From Candidatus Undinarchaeales archaeon (GTDB lineage: Archaea; SpSt-1190; JASMDC01), in contig JASMDC010000014.1 of the NCBI GenBank assembly GCA_030753015.1, positions 1 to 64,000 of the forward strand: a stretch of 64,000 bases of DNA. Direction: 5' to 3'. This document shows, piece after piece, positions 17,382 through 27,685 of the stretch. Made by a program: the position numbers and the translations under genes. The notes below the pieces were generated by a model that searched no databases, was not told where the DNA came from, and worked only from the letters and a program-made list of their open reading frames with translations. The stretch's first letter is position 1, and the number at the start of each line of letters is the position of its first letter.

Positions 17382-19622
17382 ATGGAAGTCGAACGGGACA
17401 TCGTCGAAGAGACATCCCTTGAAGGGGAGTGGGCCTATCGCACTGACCGCTTCCATCTCGGCGGGTTGCGTGGGTATGCCCGCGAGGGATTCAATGACGA
17501 TGGCTGGGACACCATGAAGATCCCCTCGAACTGGTACCGAGAAGGGCTGGACCACTCCGGGACCGTTTGGTTCCGTCACGGTTTCGACATGCCCGAACGT
17601 GAGGACGGTGCCCGCTATCATCTCGTGTTCAAAAGCGTCGACTACAAGGCCGATGTGACCCTCAACGGCGAGAAACTCGGTTCCCACGAGGGCTACTTCG
17701 ACGAGTTCTCCTATGACGTCACCGACGTGATTAAGGACGAGAACTCTCTGGCCGTGCGCGTGGACTCACCAAAAGAGCCGTTCTTCTCCTACATAACCGG
17801 CAAGAAGTACATCAAGGGCGTGCTGGACCAGTGGGACTGCCGGCCCGGCGGGCTCGATCCCTTCAGGGGTCGGGACGCCAACACCGGCGGCATCTGGCGC
17901 GACGTGACCATCAAGCGTACGGGCGACTATGTCCTCGGCGACGTCAAGCTCACCCCGACGATCCGGGAAAGTGGCGCCGACATGTCGGTCACGGTCCCCA
18001 TCAAGGCCTACCGGGACGGGGAGACGACCGTCCGTGTACGCCTCACCCCCAAGAACTTCGAGGGCGAATCGTACGAGATCGAACAGACCGTCGATGTCAA
18101 GGAGGGCGAGAACGAGGCCAGGTTCGACATGTCCATGAACGGGGCCAAGAAATGGTGGACCTGGGACATGGGCGACCCAAACCTCTACAACTATGAGGTG
18201 GCCGTCGTCGACGGCGGGCGAGTATCCGACCGTGATACGGGCAATATCGGCGTACGTGAGTTCGAACAGCGCGAGGACGGCGGATGGTACCTTAACGGTA
18301 AGCCCCTCTTCGTGCGCGGTACCAACTACATCTCGACACAATGGATGAGCGAGGGCCCGTCCTTCTACGATCGCGACTTCGAGCTCCTCAGGAAGGCCAA
18401 CATGAACGGCGTGCGTGTTCACGCCCACATCGAGGACGACTCGTTCTACGACCGATGCGACGAGAACGGCATCCTCGTGTGGCAGGACTTCATCCTCCAA
18501 TGGAACTATGACCCCAAGCTCCAGGACAGGGCCGTAGGTATGATGCGCAAGATGGTCAGGAATCTGTACAACCATCCGTCCGTGATGGTGTACGCCTGTC
18601 ACAACGAGCCCATCTCCGTCGACAACATCGGGGACATGCTCGGATTCGTCTGGGAATCTTTGGGTTTCGGCCGTAAGACCGACAGCCCCGAGGAGGAGCA
18701 GCATCGACGGAACACGCTCATGGGTGCCCTGGACGGACGACACTGGCTGGTTCAGAAGGGTGTCGAGGAGTTCGATGAGGCCCTTCGTTCGGCTGCTGTT
18801 GAAGAGGATCCCACGCGGCTCGTAAAGGTCTCGTCCCCAACGACCGAGCACAAGTACTTCGGCTGGTACACGGGCGACTATCACCAGTTCCGTGAGGACG
18901 CGGCCAATGCCGAGCCCATCATCAGCGAGTTCGGTGCCCAGGGTCTCCCGGACATGGAGACCATGCGCCGGATATTCTCAGAGAAGGAGATGGAGCCCAC
19001 CAACTGGAACTACGCCAGGTCTTGGATGCCCAAGGACTTCCAACCGCTCCAGACCCACATGATCGCCGGTATCGAAAAGGGTGAATCCATAGAGGAGTTC
19101 GTCGCTAACTCGCAGGATTACCAGGCGCGCGTGAACAAGTTCGCCATCGAGAACTATCGCCGCCACAAGCACGAGCCCGTGACCGCGCTCTTCCAGTTCA
19201 TGTTCGTTGACTGTTGGGAGGATGCCATCACCTGGTCGCTCGTCGACTACGACCGGCGCCCGAAGCAGGCGTTCGAAGCCGTGGCCACCGCCTACCAGCC
19301 CGTGCTCGTCTCTGCCGATCAGGAGCATGAAAAGGTCAGGCTCGGGGATCGCATCGAGGTGCCCCTCTGGGTGACGAACGACCTCTACAAGGCGTACAGC
19401 GGCGCGTCACTGCGCGCGACGCTCGTTGACGCAGAAGGGAACGTTGTCAAGGAGCAGGAGTCCGTCATCGATGTCGATGAGAGCTCATCCAATGCTTTCG
19501 GTTCCCTGAAGTGGACGCCCGAGGCCGCCGGGGACTACAAACTAAGGCTTGAACTCGAAAAAGAGGGCGAGGTCCTGTCCCGCAACGAGTACGACTACGC
19601 GGTCAAAGAGCCAACTGCTTAG
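17382..19622 (+). CDS. GH2 family glycoside hydrolase (beta-mannosidase-like)
   Basis: VDYKADVTLNG, GGIWRDV, RGTNY, CDENGILVWQDF, NHPSV..HNEP (acid/base), ISEFG (nucleophile). Confidence 0.9.
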   Translation: MEVERDIVEETSLEGEWAYRTDRFHLGGLRGYAREGFNDDGWDTMKIPSNWYREGLDHSGTVWFRHGFDMPEREDGARYHLVFKSVDYKADVTLNGEKLGSHEGYFDEFSYDVTDVIKDENSLAVRVDSPKEPFFSYITGKKYIKGVLDQWDCRPGGLDPFRGRDANTGGIWRDVTIKRTGDYVLGDVKLTPTIRESGADMSVTVPIKAYRDGETTVRVRLTPKNFEGESYEIEQTVDVKEGENEARFDMSMNGAKKWWTWDMGDPNLYNYEVAVVDGGRVSDRDTGNIGVREFEQREDGGWYLNGKPLFVRGTNYISTQWMSEGPSFYDRDFELLRKANMNGVRVHAHIEDDSFYDRCDENGILVWQDFILQWNYDPKLQDRAVGMMRKMVRNLYNHPSVMVYACHNEPISVDNIGDMLGFVWESLGFGRKTDSPEEEQHRRNTLMGALDGRHWLVQKGVEEFDEALRSAAVEEDPTRLVKVSSPTTEHKYFGWYTGDYHQFREDAANAEPIISEFGAQGLPDMETMRRIFSEKEMEPTNWNYARSWMPKDFQPLQTHMIAGIEKGESIEEFVANSQDYQARVNKFAIENYRRHKHEPVTALFQFMFVDCWEDAITWSLVDYDRRPKQAFEAVATAYQPVLVSADQEHEKVRLGDRIEVPLWVTNDLYKAYSGASLRATLVDAEGNVVKEQESVIDVDESSSNAFGSLKWTPEAAGDYKLRLELEKEGEVLSRNEYDYAVKEPTA

Positions 19623-19629
19623 GACGCTG

Positions 19630-20175
19630 TCACGTCCGTGACATGGCTTTCTTCTTGTTCAGTGCGGCGTCGAAGGTCGATGAAAGGAGGTCCTGGTTTA
19701 TGGCAGCACTACCGTCCGGCTTCAGCTCGATGAGCCCCATCTTGTAGAGCACGGCCACGACGTACCCGCACTTCTCCTGGTCCATGCCCAGCGCCTCGGA
19801 GAGCTCCACGAGCGTCGACCGACCGAAATGACCGAAATAGGCGAACACGATCTTCTGGATAGAAGGCTGTCGCTCCGGGTTCTTGACGGTCGACATGATA
19901 TGCTGGACCGCCCCCCGGATATCCTTGGAGTAGTTCTCCTTCCACTCTTCCGGGAAGAGCTCCTTGTACAGTTTCATCCCCTTGTCGGTGAGAGTATAGA
20001 AGTTATCATCCTTGATGACGACGCCCTCGTTCCGAAGGACGCTCAGCGCTCGAGAAACAGATGCATAGCCGCTCTCCCTGCGGTTCGGAGCGTACTCCTC
20101 GACTATGTCGCCGACGATCTTGCGGGATATTCCGAGGCTCCTGATGACGTGACGTTGAACCGTTCCAAGCCGCAT
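19630..20175 (-). CDS. Putative DNA-binding protein with two winged-helix domains
   Basis: SVSRALSVLRNEGVV...YTLTDKG and TLVELSEALGM...LYKMGLIE. Confidence 0.65.
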   Translation of the reverse strand: MRLGTVQRHVIRSLGISRKIVGDIVEEYAPNRRESGYASVSRALSVLRNEGVVIKDDNFYTLTDKGMKLYKELFPEEWKENYSKDIRGAVQHIMSTVKNPERQPSIQKIVFAYFGHFGRSTLVELSEALGMDQEKCGYVVAVLYKMGLIELKPDGSAAINQDLLSSTFDAALNKKKAMSRT

Positions 20176-20354
20176 GGTACCACCTGTTAACAATGTGTTA
20201 TAGTGCCGTTACAGAAACGTTATGTTATTTGAATTTAAAGCTCAGACGACACCTTTTCCTTCACCCCCCAAGGTGAGGCGGCCACCCCCCAGGTACGCAC
20301 CTTGATGAGCGGGAACACAATCCGGTGAGACATCCCGGGACGGAGGTTGGGAAC

Positions 20355-20819
20355 ATGAAGACCGAGCAGTTATTAGAGTCCATCAAGAAAGCGTTCAGCG
20401 AAAGTGAATTCACCATGGCAGAGCTTCTAGATGCCATGTTCGACGAGTCAGACAAACCGCGTTCTAACACGAGCGAGTACCGTGCGATCATGCACGCGCT
20501 GCTCGCGATCGAGAAGTACGGTGGTATCAAGTCCCGCAAGATCGGGTCCATCAAGCACTATTCGCTCCCAGAGTACAAGCGGCCCAGCGAGCGCCCCAAG
20601 CGCAACCACGCTGATGAATACATGCGTATCCGCGAGATGGTCATCGAAGGCCTCCGGACAGGAAAGATCCCCATGTTCGGTGCCAATAAGGACGATCTCA
20701 GGGCGCTGCGCTACATCCAGGACAACATCGTCGAGCTAGTGCAGCGGGTGAACGCTCCGTACCAGCGTATCCAAGTCAGGCGGACGCCCCTGTACCTCGA
20801 GCTCAATCCCGTGATGTGA
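20355..20819 (+). CDS. Hypothetical protein, possible winged-helix
   Basis: GGAGG RBS before ATG 20355; FTMAELLD...LLAIEKYGGIKSRKIG is wHTH-like; divergent from 19630..20175. Confidence 0.55.
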   Translation: MKTEQLLESIKKAFSESEFTMAELLDAMFDESDKPRSNTSEYRAIMHALLAIEKYGGIKSRKIGSIKHYSLPEYKRPSERPKRNHADEYMRIREMVIEGLRTGKIPMFGANKDDLRALRYIQDNIVELVQRVNAPYQRIQVRRTPLYLELNPVM

Positions 20820-20915
20820 AGGGGTACACCCCCTTCCTCGCGAGACCCCGTGAGAACCATTATAAACTAGCAGGCTTGCGACCGGTCCCTGTACTCGATA
20901 TACCGGTCGTAAGCC

Positions 20916-21701
20916 ATGGTCGATCCTTCGCTACTCCTCATTCGCGGCATCGCCGGCGCTGCCATGGTGCTCACCGTGACCGCGCTCGCCGAGCGTGCAG
21001 GCCCACGTGTGGCAGGGGTCCTCATGGCCTTCCCCACCATGACGGCCATCAACCTTCATTTCATCGGGCTCTCTCACGATGCGACCTTTGCTGCGGAGAG
21101 CGCGACATGGAACCCCGTCGGGCTCACGGCCGACGTGTTCTTCGTTCTAGCATACGTCGCTTGTTGCCGACTCGCAACGGGGAACTCACGAAGGACAGAA
21201 GTGGCGATCGCGCTCATCGGAGCGCTTGCCGTACTGGTCACCTCCGTGTGGACGCTCGAGGCGATCGCTCCTGCTGCATTCATGGGCCGGCTTGCCGTCC
21301 TCGCATTCGCCATCGGTGTCCTTGCATTTCTCACACGCGACATCCCCGATAAGTCCACGACCTTGGTAGGCAGGGGTGCACTCGTCCCTCGCGCGCTCTT
21401 CGCAGGACTCGTCGTGGCGGGTGTCACACTGGCGGCCGATATGCTGGGCCCTGCCTGGGGCGGGCTCCTCTCCGCGTTCCCCGGCACTATCCTTCCGGTG
21501 CTCGTCCTCCTCCATCTGGCCCATGGCCACGAGGTCACGGATTCCGTCGTGAAGCACTCCTGGTCAGGATTCTCATCCACAGGCGTGTACGCGTTCATGA
21601 TAGCGAACCTCTACCCGGTATGGGGCGTGTGGGCCGGGACGGCCACCTCTCTAGTAGGTGCCACCCTTGTAGCACTGGTCCTGAACCTCATCCGCAAGTG
21701 A
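20916..21701 (+). CDS. Multi-pass membrane protein with internal duplication (DUF3147-like)
   Basis: Duplicated motif AERAGPRVAGVLMAFP / ADMLGPAWGGLLSAFP; about 8 TM segments. Confidence 0.7.
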   Translation: MVDPSLLLIRGIAGAAMVLTVTALAERAGPRVAGVLMAFPTMTAINLHFIGLSHDATFAAESATWNPVGLTADVFFVLAYVACCRLATGNSRRTEVAIALIGALAVLVTSVWTLEAIAPAAFMGRLAVLAFAIGVLAFLTRDIPDKSTTLVGRGALVPRALFAGLVVAGVTLAADMLGPAWGGLLSAFPGTILPVLVLLHLAHGHEVTDSVVKHSWSGFSSTGVYAFMIANLYPVWGVWAGTATSLVGATLVALVLNLIRK

Positions 21702-21739
21702 GGTATTTTTAAACCATAATGGTCCTTTCAGAGGGCACC

Positions 21740-22723
21740 GTGGCAGGGGAGAAGAAGGATTCGACGGACGAGGAAATCGAACTGAAGTCCAAGGATTCCA
21801 AGAAGGAACCAGGGGACAAGGAGTCGACCTCTAAGACTGAGGATTCGTCCAAGAAGACCGATAAAGAGGAAAAGGAGGCCACTCCTGAGGAAGAGGAGAA
21901 GGGCCAGGAAGAAGAAGAGGTGCCAAAGAAGAAGAAGGCTCGGAAGAAGAAGAAGGCTCCGAAGAAGGAGAAGGAACCCGTCGAAGCCCCGCCTAAGAAA
22001 GAAGAGGAAGAGGCCGTCGTCGAGTTGCCGATCGGGCGCATCATCTTCTACATAATCATCACGGTCCTTGCTGTATCCCTCATCCTCAAGGCATCCCCCC
22101 AGCTACGAACGGTCAGGTGCGACTATCTGGCTGACGACCCGGAGATGTGTTTACTCGATTCAGCTCTCGTGCTCGAGGACATCTCGCTCTGCAAGTCGAT
22201 CACGGACAAGGACGTGATCAATCAGTGCTACCGTACGCTTTCCTTCATCAAACAGGACATCGAGCCATGCAAACTGCTCGAAGAGACATCGGAACGGGAT
22301 GCATGTGTCGCGAACGTGGCACTGACGCTAAAGGACGTGAGCTTGTGCGCCGAGTCGGTCAACGTATCAGAGCAGGACCGCTGTACGACCAACGTCGCCA
22401 TGGAGAAGAAGGACCCGACACTCTGTTCAGGTGTGAAGGACCTGGGGCTCAGGACCACGTGCGAGGCAACTGTCTCTCAGAACCTGGACCTCTGTGAGCT
22501 CATCATAACAGGCCAGCGCGACTTCTGCATGCGCCACATAGCAACACGGACGGTCCAGCCAAAGCTGTGCCAGCGCATCAACGATAACTGGTACCGTGAC
22601 ATGTGCTATGGGTTCCTTGCCGTCGAGATGGCTGATCGCACCGTATGTGAGAGCATCATCTCCGCCTCGTACAAGGAGCGCTGCCTGGCGGCGTTCAACC
22701 AGGACGTGCTGACTCCGCCCTGA
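21740..22723 (+). CDS. Single-pass membrane protein: charged low-complexity N-terminus, Cys-rich repeat C-terminal domain
   Basis: E/K-rich N-terminus, TM IIFYIIITVLAVSLIL, then repeats D..LC..I.....RD.C. GTG 21740 after GAGGG (ORF track starts at 21719). Confidence 0.75.
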   Translation: MAGEKKDSTDEEIELKSKDSKKEPGDKESTSKTEDSSKKTDKEEKEATPEEEEKGQEEEEVPKKKKARKKKKAPKKEKEPVEAPPKKEEEEAVVELPIGRIIFYIIITVLAVSLILKASPQLRTVRCDYLADDPEMCLLDSALVLEDISLCKSITDKDVINQCYRTLSFIKQDIEPCKLLEETSERDACVANVALTLKDVSLCAESVNVSEQDRCTTNVAMEKKDPTLCSGVKDLGLRTTCEATVSQNLDLCELIITGQRDFCMRHIATRTVQPKLCQRINDNWYRDMCYGFLAVEMADRTVCESIISASYKERCLAAFNQDVLTPP

Positions 22724-22780
22724 GCGCGCTCATCCTTCACGAGGATGGGTTTTTATGTCTTCCAGCTCAAGCGCCGTCCT

Positions 22781-24004
22781 ATGGCCGCCCAGAGGCTCTA
22801 TGAGGACGATCCCTTCGGCGATAGCTTCACAGCACATGTCGTCGCTCTAGGAAAGGAAGGTGTAGTGCTCGATCGGACGCTCTTCCACCCCCAGGGAGGC
22901 GGACAGCCGGGTGACACCGGTACGCTCGTCTGGAAGGACGGAGAGACGACCGTTGTCGACGCCCAGGAATCGGGTGATGACGTCATCCATGTCCTTGGAC
23001 CCGACACTACTCCACCACCCGAGGGCACAGAGGTCACAGGCCGCATCGACATGGTCAGGAGAAGGGCCCTCATGCGTGCGCACACGGGCGAACATGTGCT
23101 CTTCCGTGCCATCGACAAGGTCACCAAGGGTGAGGCTGCGGTCAGCAAGATCGCGCTGGAGGAGGATGGTGGGAAGCTCTTCGTAGAGGGACATGACCTC
23201 GACTGGCCTGTCATTGCACAATCCCTGTTACAGGCGAACGACGCCGTGCTCAGTGACATAGCCGTTCATACCGAACTGTTACCCAAGGAGAAGGTCCTTG
23301 GCCAGCATCCCGATGCCCGCATCAAGGTCGAGCGCATAAAGGGCGATGTCGCCCGCGTTGTCGTTGTCGACGGTTTCGACGCAGCTGCGTGCTCCGGAAC
23401 CCATCTCAGGTCGACGGGAGAGATCGGCGCCATCGCCATCACGGGCAGGAACCGGACAGGCGGCAGTACCATTCTAAGCTTCCTCACAGGCGAGCGTGCC
23501 CGATCACACCTCATCGAGGCGACATGTCGGGTCGGTGAGCTCAGTGAACTGCTCAGTGCGGACCTCGAGCGTTTGAGGCCTACGATCGAGAACCTCATCA
23601 CCGAGAAGGAGGCGCTCTGGTCACGCTACAAGAGCGCGTCCAGCCATCTGGCACGGCTCAAGCTCGAACATATGGAGCCCGTGGAGATGTCAGGTCTGAA
23701 GCTCTACTGCGAGGTCCTTCCCCTCAAGCGTGAGGAGGTCATCAAGACCGTGAACCGTCTTATCGCGGGTCAGAGAACGGTCGCCCTCCTCGCCAGCGAT
23801 GATGAGAAGCCCTTCCTCGCTTTCGGATCCTCGGACGACGCTGGCGTCGACGTCTCCCCGGTCCTTCGCCAGGCCTGCTCGCTCCTTGGGGGCGGAGGTG
23901 GTGGGAAGCCGACGTTCGCCAGCGGTGGGGGCAAGTCCAGCGAACACCTCGACGATGCCATGGAGCTTGCGCGCAGCCTGATCGAGGAACAGGCATCCTC
24001 TTAG
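22781..24004 (+). CDS. alaX: Alanyl-tRNA editing protein AlaX with C-terminal DHHA1 (C-Ala) domain
   Basis: LDRTLFHPQGGGQPGDTG, HTGEH, CSGTH, GGGGGKPTFASGGG. Confidence 0.88.
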   Translation: MAAQRLYEDDPFGDSFTAHVVALGKEGVVLDRTLFHPQGGGQPGDTGTLVWKDGETTVVDAQESGDDVIHVLGPDTTPPPEGTEVTGRIDMVRRRALMRAHTGEHVLFRAIDKVTKGEAAVSKIALEEDGGKLFVEGHDLDWPVIAQSLLQANDAVLSDIAVHTELLPKEKVLGQHPDARIKVERIKGDVARVVVVDGFDAAACSGTHLRSTGEIGAIAITGRNRTGGSTILSFLTGERARSHLIEATCRVGELSELLSADLERLRPTIENLITEKEALWSRYKSASSHLARLKLEHMEPVEMSGLKLYCEVLPLKREEVIKTVNRLIAGQRTVALLASDDEKPFLAFGSSDDAGVDVSPVLRQACSLLGGGGGGKPTFASGGGKSSEHLDDAMELARSLIEEQASS

Positions 24005-24143
24005 GTCACGACGCGACCATCAGAATCCTCGAAGGTGCGCTCGAAACTGCACGGTTGGGGCAAAAGGAGAGTCTCGACGCGTTGCGTCGTCTTCGGGCAG
24101 CCATGAGCCAAGCTATTTAATTGTGTGGCCTGCACGCGCGCCC

Positions 24144-26018
24144 ATGACGGAGGCCAAACAATCCATCGATGCTGTCATTGAGGTATCGTTCGAGGGGGGC
24201 CACAAGGTAGGGGGCATCTATACGGTGCTCCTTTCCAAGTCCGAACAGATGCGACGTAATTGGGGCGATAATTACTTCCTCATCGGATTCTACTGGCCCG
24301 ACGATGCACGGACCGAGCTCGTACCCGAGGAACCACCTCCAGAGGTCGTTCCCGCTCTCAAGCGTCTTGCTGACAGGGGTATCATATGCCATTGGGGGCG
24401 CTGGGTCAGGGGTAGCAATGTGCGCCTCATCCTCGTGGAGGCCGGGGATTACATCATGAATGACGTACCGTCGGAGAACGGTGCCGATAAGCGTATCAAC
24501 ATCCTCAAGTGGGACCTCTGGAAGAAGTATGGCGTTGACTCCATGATGATGGGTCATGACTTCAACGAGCCCATCGGGTGGTCCACTGCATGCGGCGAGG
24601 TCATCGAAGAGCTCACTCAGTCTCCGTTGCTCAAGGGTAAGCGGGTCGTCGCACAGTTCCACGAGTGGCTCGCAGGAGGCGCCCTCCTTCATCTTCACAA
24701 GAAGAAATCACCAGTGGGCCTCGTGTTCACGACCCACGCTACTATCCTTGGTCGATCCATCGCCTCGTCCGGCCGGGACCTCTTCCGCATGGTGTTCGAA
24801 GGGTCCAAGAAGGGCTCTGTCGTCGATCCCCATGAGGCGTACAACTACAAGTGTGAGGGAAAACACTTGATGGAGGTGGCCTGTGCCAAGAACGCTGATG
24901 CGTTCACGACGGTCAGCAAGACTACCGCCAAGGAGGCTCAGTTCATCCTTGGCCAGAAGGTGGACGCTGTCCTGCCCAACGCTCTCGACTTCTCCACGTT
25001 CGGGTCCGCTCAGAAGCTCTCGGTGAGCCATGCCAAGAACAGGAAGAAGGTGAAGCGGTTCCTCCGATCGTACTTCGCTCCCTTCTACGACATAAACCTC
25101 CTGGGATGCCTCATCTTCTATACATGCGGACGGTACGAGTTCAGCAACAAGGGCATGGATATCTTCATCGATGCGCTCGGTGAGCTGAACAAGCGTCTGA
25201 AGAAACAGAAGGACACGAATGAGGTCTATGCCTTCGTCTGGGTCCCTTCCGGAATAGCCGGGATGAAGGACTGGGTGCTCCGCACAAAGGTCATGCTCGA
25301 CCGCATAGAGGAGCTGGTGGACGAGGAGCTGGAGAACGTCCGGTTCGAGCTCATCGACTCCATCACGTCCCAGGACATGAAGGCCTTGAAAAAAGGTACC
25401 AAGGTCTCCGACAGGTTCGTGGCCGATGTCACCGGTCTCGTGGGCCAGTTCAAGAGAGAAGGTGCGCCCCCCCACTGCGCCTTCAACCTCATGTACGATG
25501 AGAACCACGATATGGTCATAAACCATCTCAAGCGTGCAGGGCTCAACAACGGTCAGAAGGACAAGGTCCGCGTGATCCACTACCCCTCCTACCTGACCAA
25601 ATCGGACCAGGTGCTCGGGCTCTCCTATTACGAGGCCCTCAATGCAGGTGACATGGGCGTGTTCCCGTCCCGTTACGAGCCGTGGGGGTACACACCCGCC
25701 GAGGCCGCAGCACAGATGGCGCTCTCGGTGACCACTGATCAGGCCGGTTTCGGCCAGTTCGTGCTGGAGAACACCAAGGGCAAGAAGGGCAACGGCATCC
25801 AAGTGCTCGCCATGGAGGGCAAGAAGCGCTCCGACGTCGTCACTCAGCTAGCGGACTTCATGGAGGAGGTCGCACTCATGGACAAGGGCGACCTCATCGA
25901 GCTCAAGCTCAATGGCCGCGACATCGCCGAGCTGTCCGACTGGCGGCGGCAGATCGAGAACTATATCACCGCTTATGGGCTTGCACTAAAGGGCTCGATC
26001 AAGAGGGTCAAATCCTGA
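24144..26018 (+). CDS. Glycogen synthase, GT3 family
   Basis: EVSFEGGHKVGGIYTV, AQFHEW, FTTHATILGRSI, GRYEFSNKG, GVFPSRYEPWGYTPAE. Confidence 0.93.
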   Translation: MTEAKQSIDAVIEVSFEGGHKVGGIYTVLLSKSEQMRRNWGDNYFLIGFYWPDDARTELVPEEPPPEVVPALKRLADRGIICHWGRWVRGSNVRLILVEAGDYIMNDVPSENGADKRINILKWDLWKKYGVDSMMMGHDFNEPIGWSTACGEVIEELTQSPLLKGKRVVAQFHEWLAGGALLHLHKKKSPVGLVFTTHATILGRSIASSGRDLFRMVFEGSKKGSVVDPHEAYNYKCEGKHLMEVACAKNADAFTTVSKTTAKEAQFILGQKVDAVLPNALDFSTFGSAQKLSVSHAKNRKKVKRFLRSYFAPFYDINLLGCLIFYTCGRYEFSNKGMDIFIDALGELNKRLKKQKDTNEVYAFVWVPSGIAGMKDWVLRTKVMLDRIEELVDEELENVRFELIDSITSQDMKALKKGTKVSDRFVADVTGLVGQFKREGAPPHCAFNLMYDENHDMVINHLKRAGLNNGQKDKVRVIHYPSYLTKSDQVLGLSYYEALNAGDMGVFPSRYEPWGYTPAEAAAQMALSVTTDQAGFGQFVLENTKGKKGNGIQVLAMEGKKRSDVVTQLADFMEEVALMDKGDLIELKLNGRDIAELSDWRRQIENYITAYGLALKGSIKRVKS

Positions 26019-26113
26019 GCGCTGACGGATCGACCCGCAAGAAGCGGGTCAAGGAGCGTAAGCCGACCGAGAAGCTCGTCCCCAAGGATATACCCGAGGA
26101 CGAAGGCTCTTGC

Positions 26114-27685
26114 ATGAGCGTGCGGCGCGCGGTGTTCATCGCGCTCTTCACCACGGGCGCTGCCGCGATGATCTATGAGATAGTGCTCCTGCGGGAACTG
26201 GCCATCGTGCTGGGCGCCACCGAGACGGCTGCGGGCATCATCCTCTCCACCTTCATGGCGGGACTTGCCATCGGTAGCAAAGCGTTCGGTGGTTACTCGG
26301 AGCGTGTCGAGGACCCTACCGGCCTGTTCATCCGTATGGAGCTCGCGATCGCTGCCTGCGCCTTCTACCTCTTACCCATTGCACGGATGCTCCCGCAGGT
26401 CCATGACTGGACGGTCGAGCTGTTCATCGCAGTGATGGCCTTATTGCCGCCCACCATCCTCATGGGCGGTGAGCTGCCCGTGGCGGGACGATTGCTCGCC
26501 CAGGAGGACCGTCGGCGTGGCGAGGAGGAGCGGACGGGAGAATATATCGGCTACGCCTACTCGGCCGATACGCTTGGAGGTATCGTCGGCGCCGCTGCCA
26601 CGGGACTGGTCCTCATCCCCTATCTCGGCGCCATCAAGACTATGTTGCTGGGCGCGATGCTCAATGTGCTCTCCGGTGCTGTCCTTGCTGTGCGTCGGAC
26701 GCTCCCCCGAGGGGAAGTGCCCGTTATGGCCGCACTCCCTCTCGCCATCCTGCTCATCGTGGGCCTGCAGGCGATGGATATAACCAGCATCGAGCTTCAG
26801 CTCGTCAATCGCATCTACGAGTACCGTGTCATCTATACCGAGCAGACCGTTTACCAGCGCATCGATATTATCAACCACACCGATTTCGGAAAGTCCCTCT
26901 TCCTCAACGGGCAGCTCCAGATGACCGTCGAGGACGAGCCCATGTACCATGAGAACCTAATACATCCGGCCATGGTGGCCCATCCGTTGCCACGGCGTGT
27001 GCTCATCATCGGCGGAGGCGACGGGGGCGCGCTCAGGGAGGTGCTCAAGCACGGTCCCGAGGAGGTCACCCTCGTCGAGCTCGACGAGCGAGTGGTGAGC
27101 GTCGCGCGTGATCTCCTCCCCGAGGTGAACCAGGGCGCTTTCGATGATCCCAGGGTCACCCTTGAGTTCAACGACGGGCGTTACGTGCTCAAGTCGGCGG
27201 TCGAAGCTGGAAGAACGTGGGACGTGATCATATGCGACCTCTCCGATCCTACGACCGGACCGGTGGCCATGCTCTACACCCGTGAGTTCTACCAGCTGGT
27301 GAAATCGGCGCTGGACGATGGCGGTGTGTTCATCACCCAGGCGACCTCGCCCTATTGGTATCCCGATGCATACGCGTCCATCACCCGCACGCTGGCCGAC
27401 TCGTTCACAGTGGTCCATCCCATGGTAACATGGGTACCCACCTTCGGGATGTGGGGGTACGTGGTTGCTTCGAACGGTCCTGATCCTGCGACCATGTCCA
27501 CCGAAGAGATCATTTCGCGACTCCGGGAACGTGACATCACTACAACTCATTACACAGCGCGCGCACATGCACGCCTCTTCATCCTCCCGGGATCGGTCGA
27601 GACGGCCCTTGCGAATCCCAAGGTACCTGTATCAACCGACGACAATCCCTTCGTTCTCTATGCCATGCAAGAGGAGGACGATTAA
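26114..27685 (+). CDS. speE: Polyamine aminopropyltransferase (spermidine synthase) with N-terminal membrane domain
   Basis: About 7 TM segments then YQRIDI, LFLNGQLQ, YHENLIHP, VLIIGGGDGGALREVLKH, DVIICDLSDP, LYTREFY. May start at CTG 26015. Confidence 0.92.
   Translation: MSVRRAVFIALFTTGAAAMIYEIVLLRELAIVLGATETAAGIILSTFMAGLAIGSKAFGGYSERVEDPTGLFIRMELAIAACAFYLLPIARMLPQVHDWTVELFIAVMALLPPTILMGGELPVAGRLLAQEDRRRGEEERTGEYIGYAYSADTLGGIVGAAATGLVLIPYLGAIKTMLLGAMLNVLSGAVLAVRRTLPRGEVPVMAALPLAILLIVGLQAMDITSIELQLVNRIYEYRVIYTEQTVYQRIDIINHTDFGKSLFLNGQLQMTVEDEPMYHENLIHPAMVAHPLPRRVLIIGGGDGGALREVLKHGPEEVTLVELDERVVSVARDLLPEVNQGAFDDPRVTLEFNDGRYVLKSAVEAGRTWDVIICDLSDPTTGPVAMLYTREFYQLVKSALDDGGVFITQATSPYWYPDAYASITRTLADSFTVVHPMVTWVPTFGMWGYVVASNGPDPATMSTEEIISRLRERDITTTHYTARAHARLFILPGSVETALANPKVPVSTDDNPFVLYAMQEEDD

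Noticed and set aside
17766-18884. Long antisense ORFs (here, 24708..25802, 10139..11188 and many others)
   Set aside because: Shadows of real genes caused by GC-rich codon bias; no motifs, promoters or RBS.
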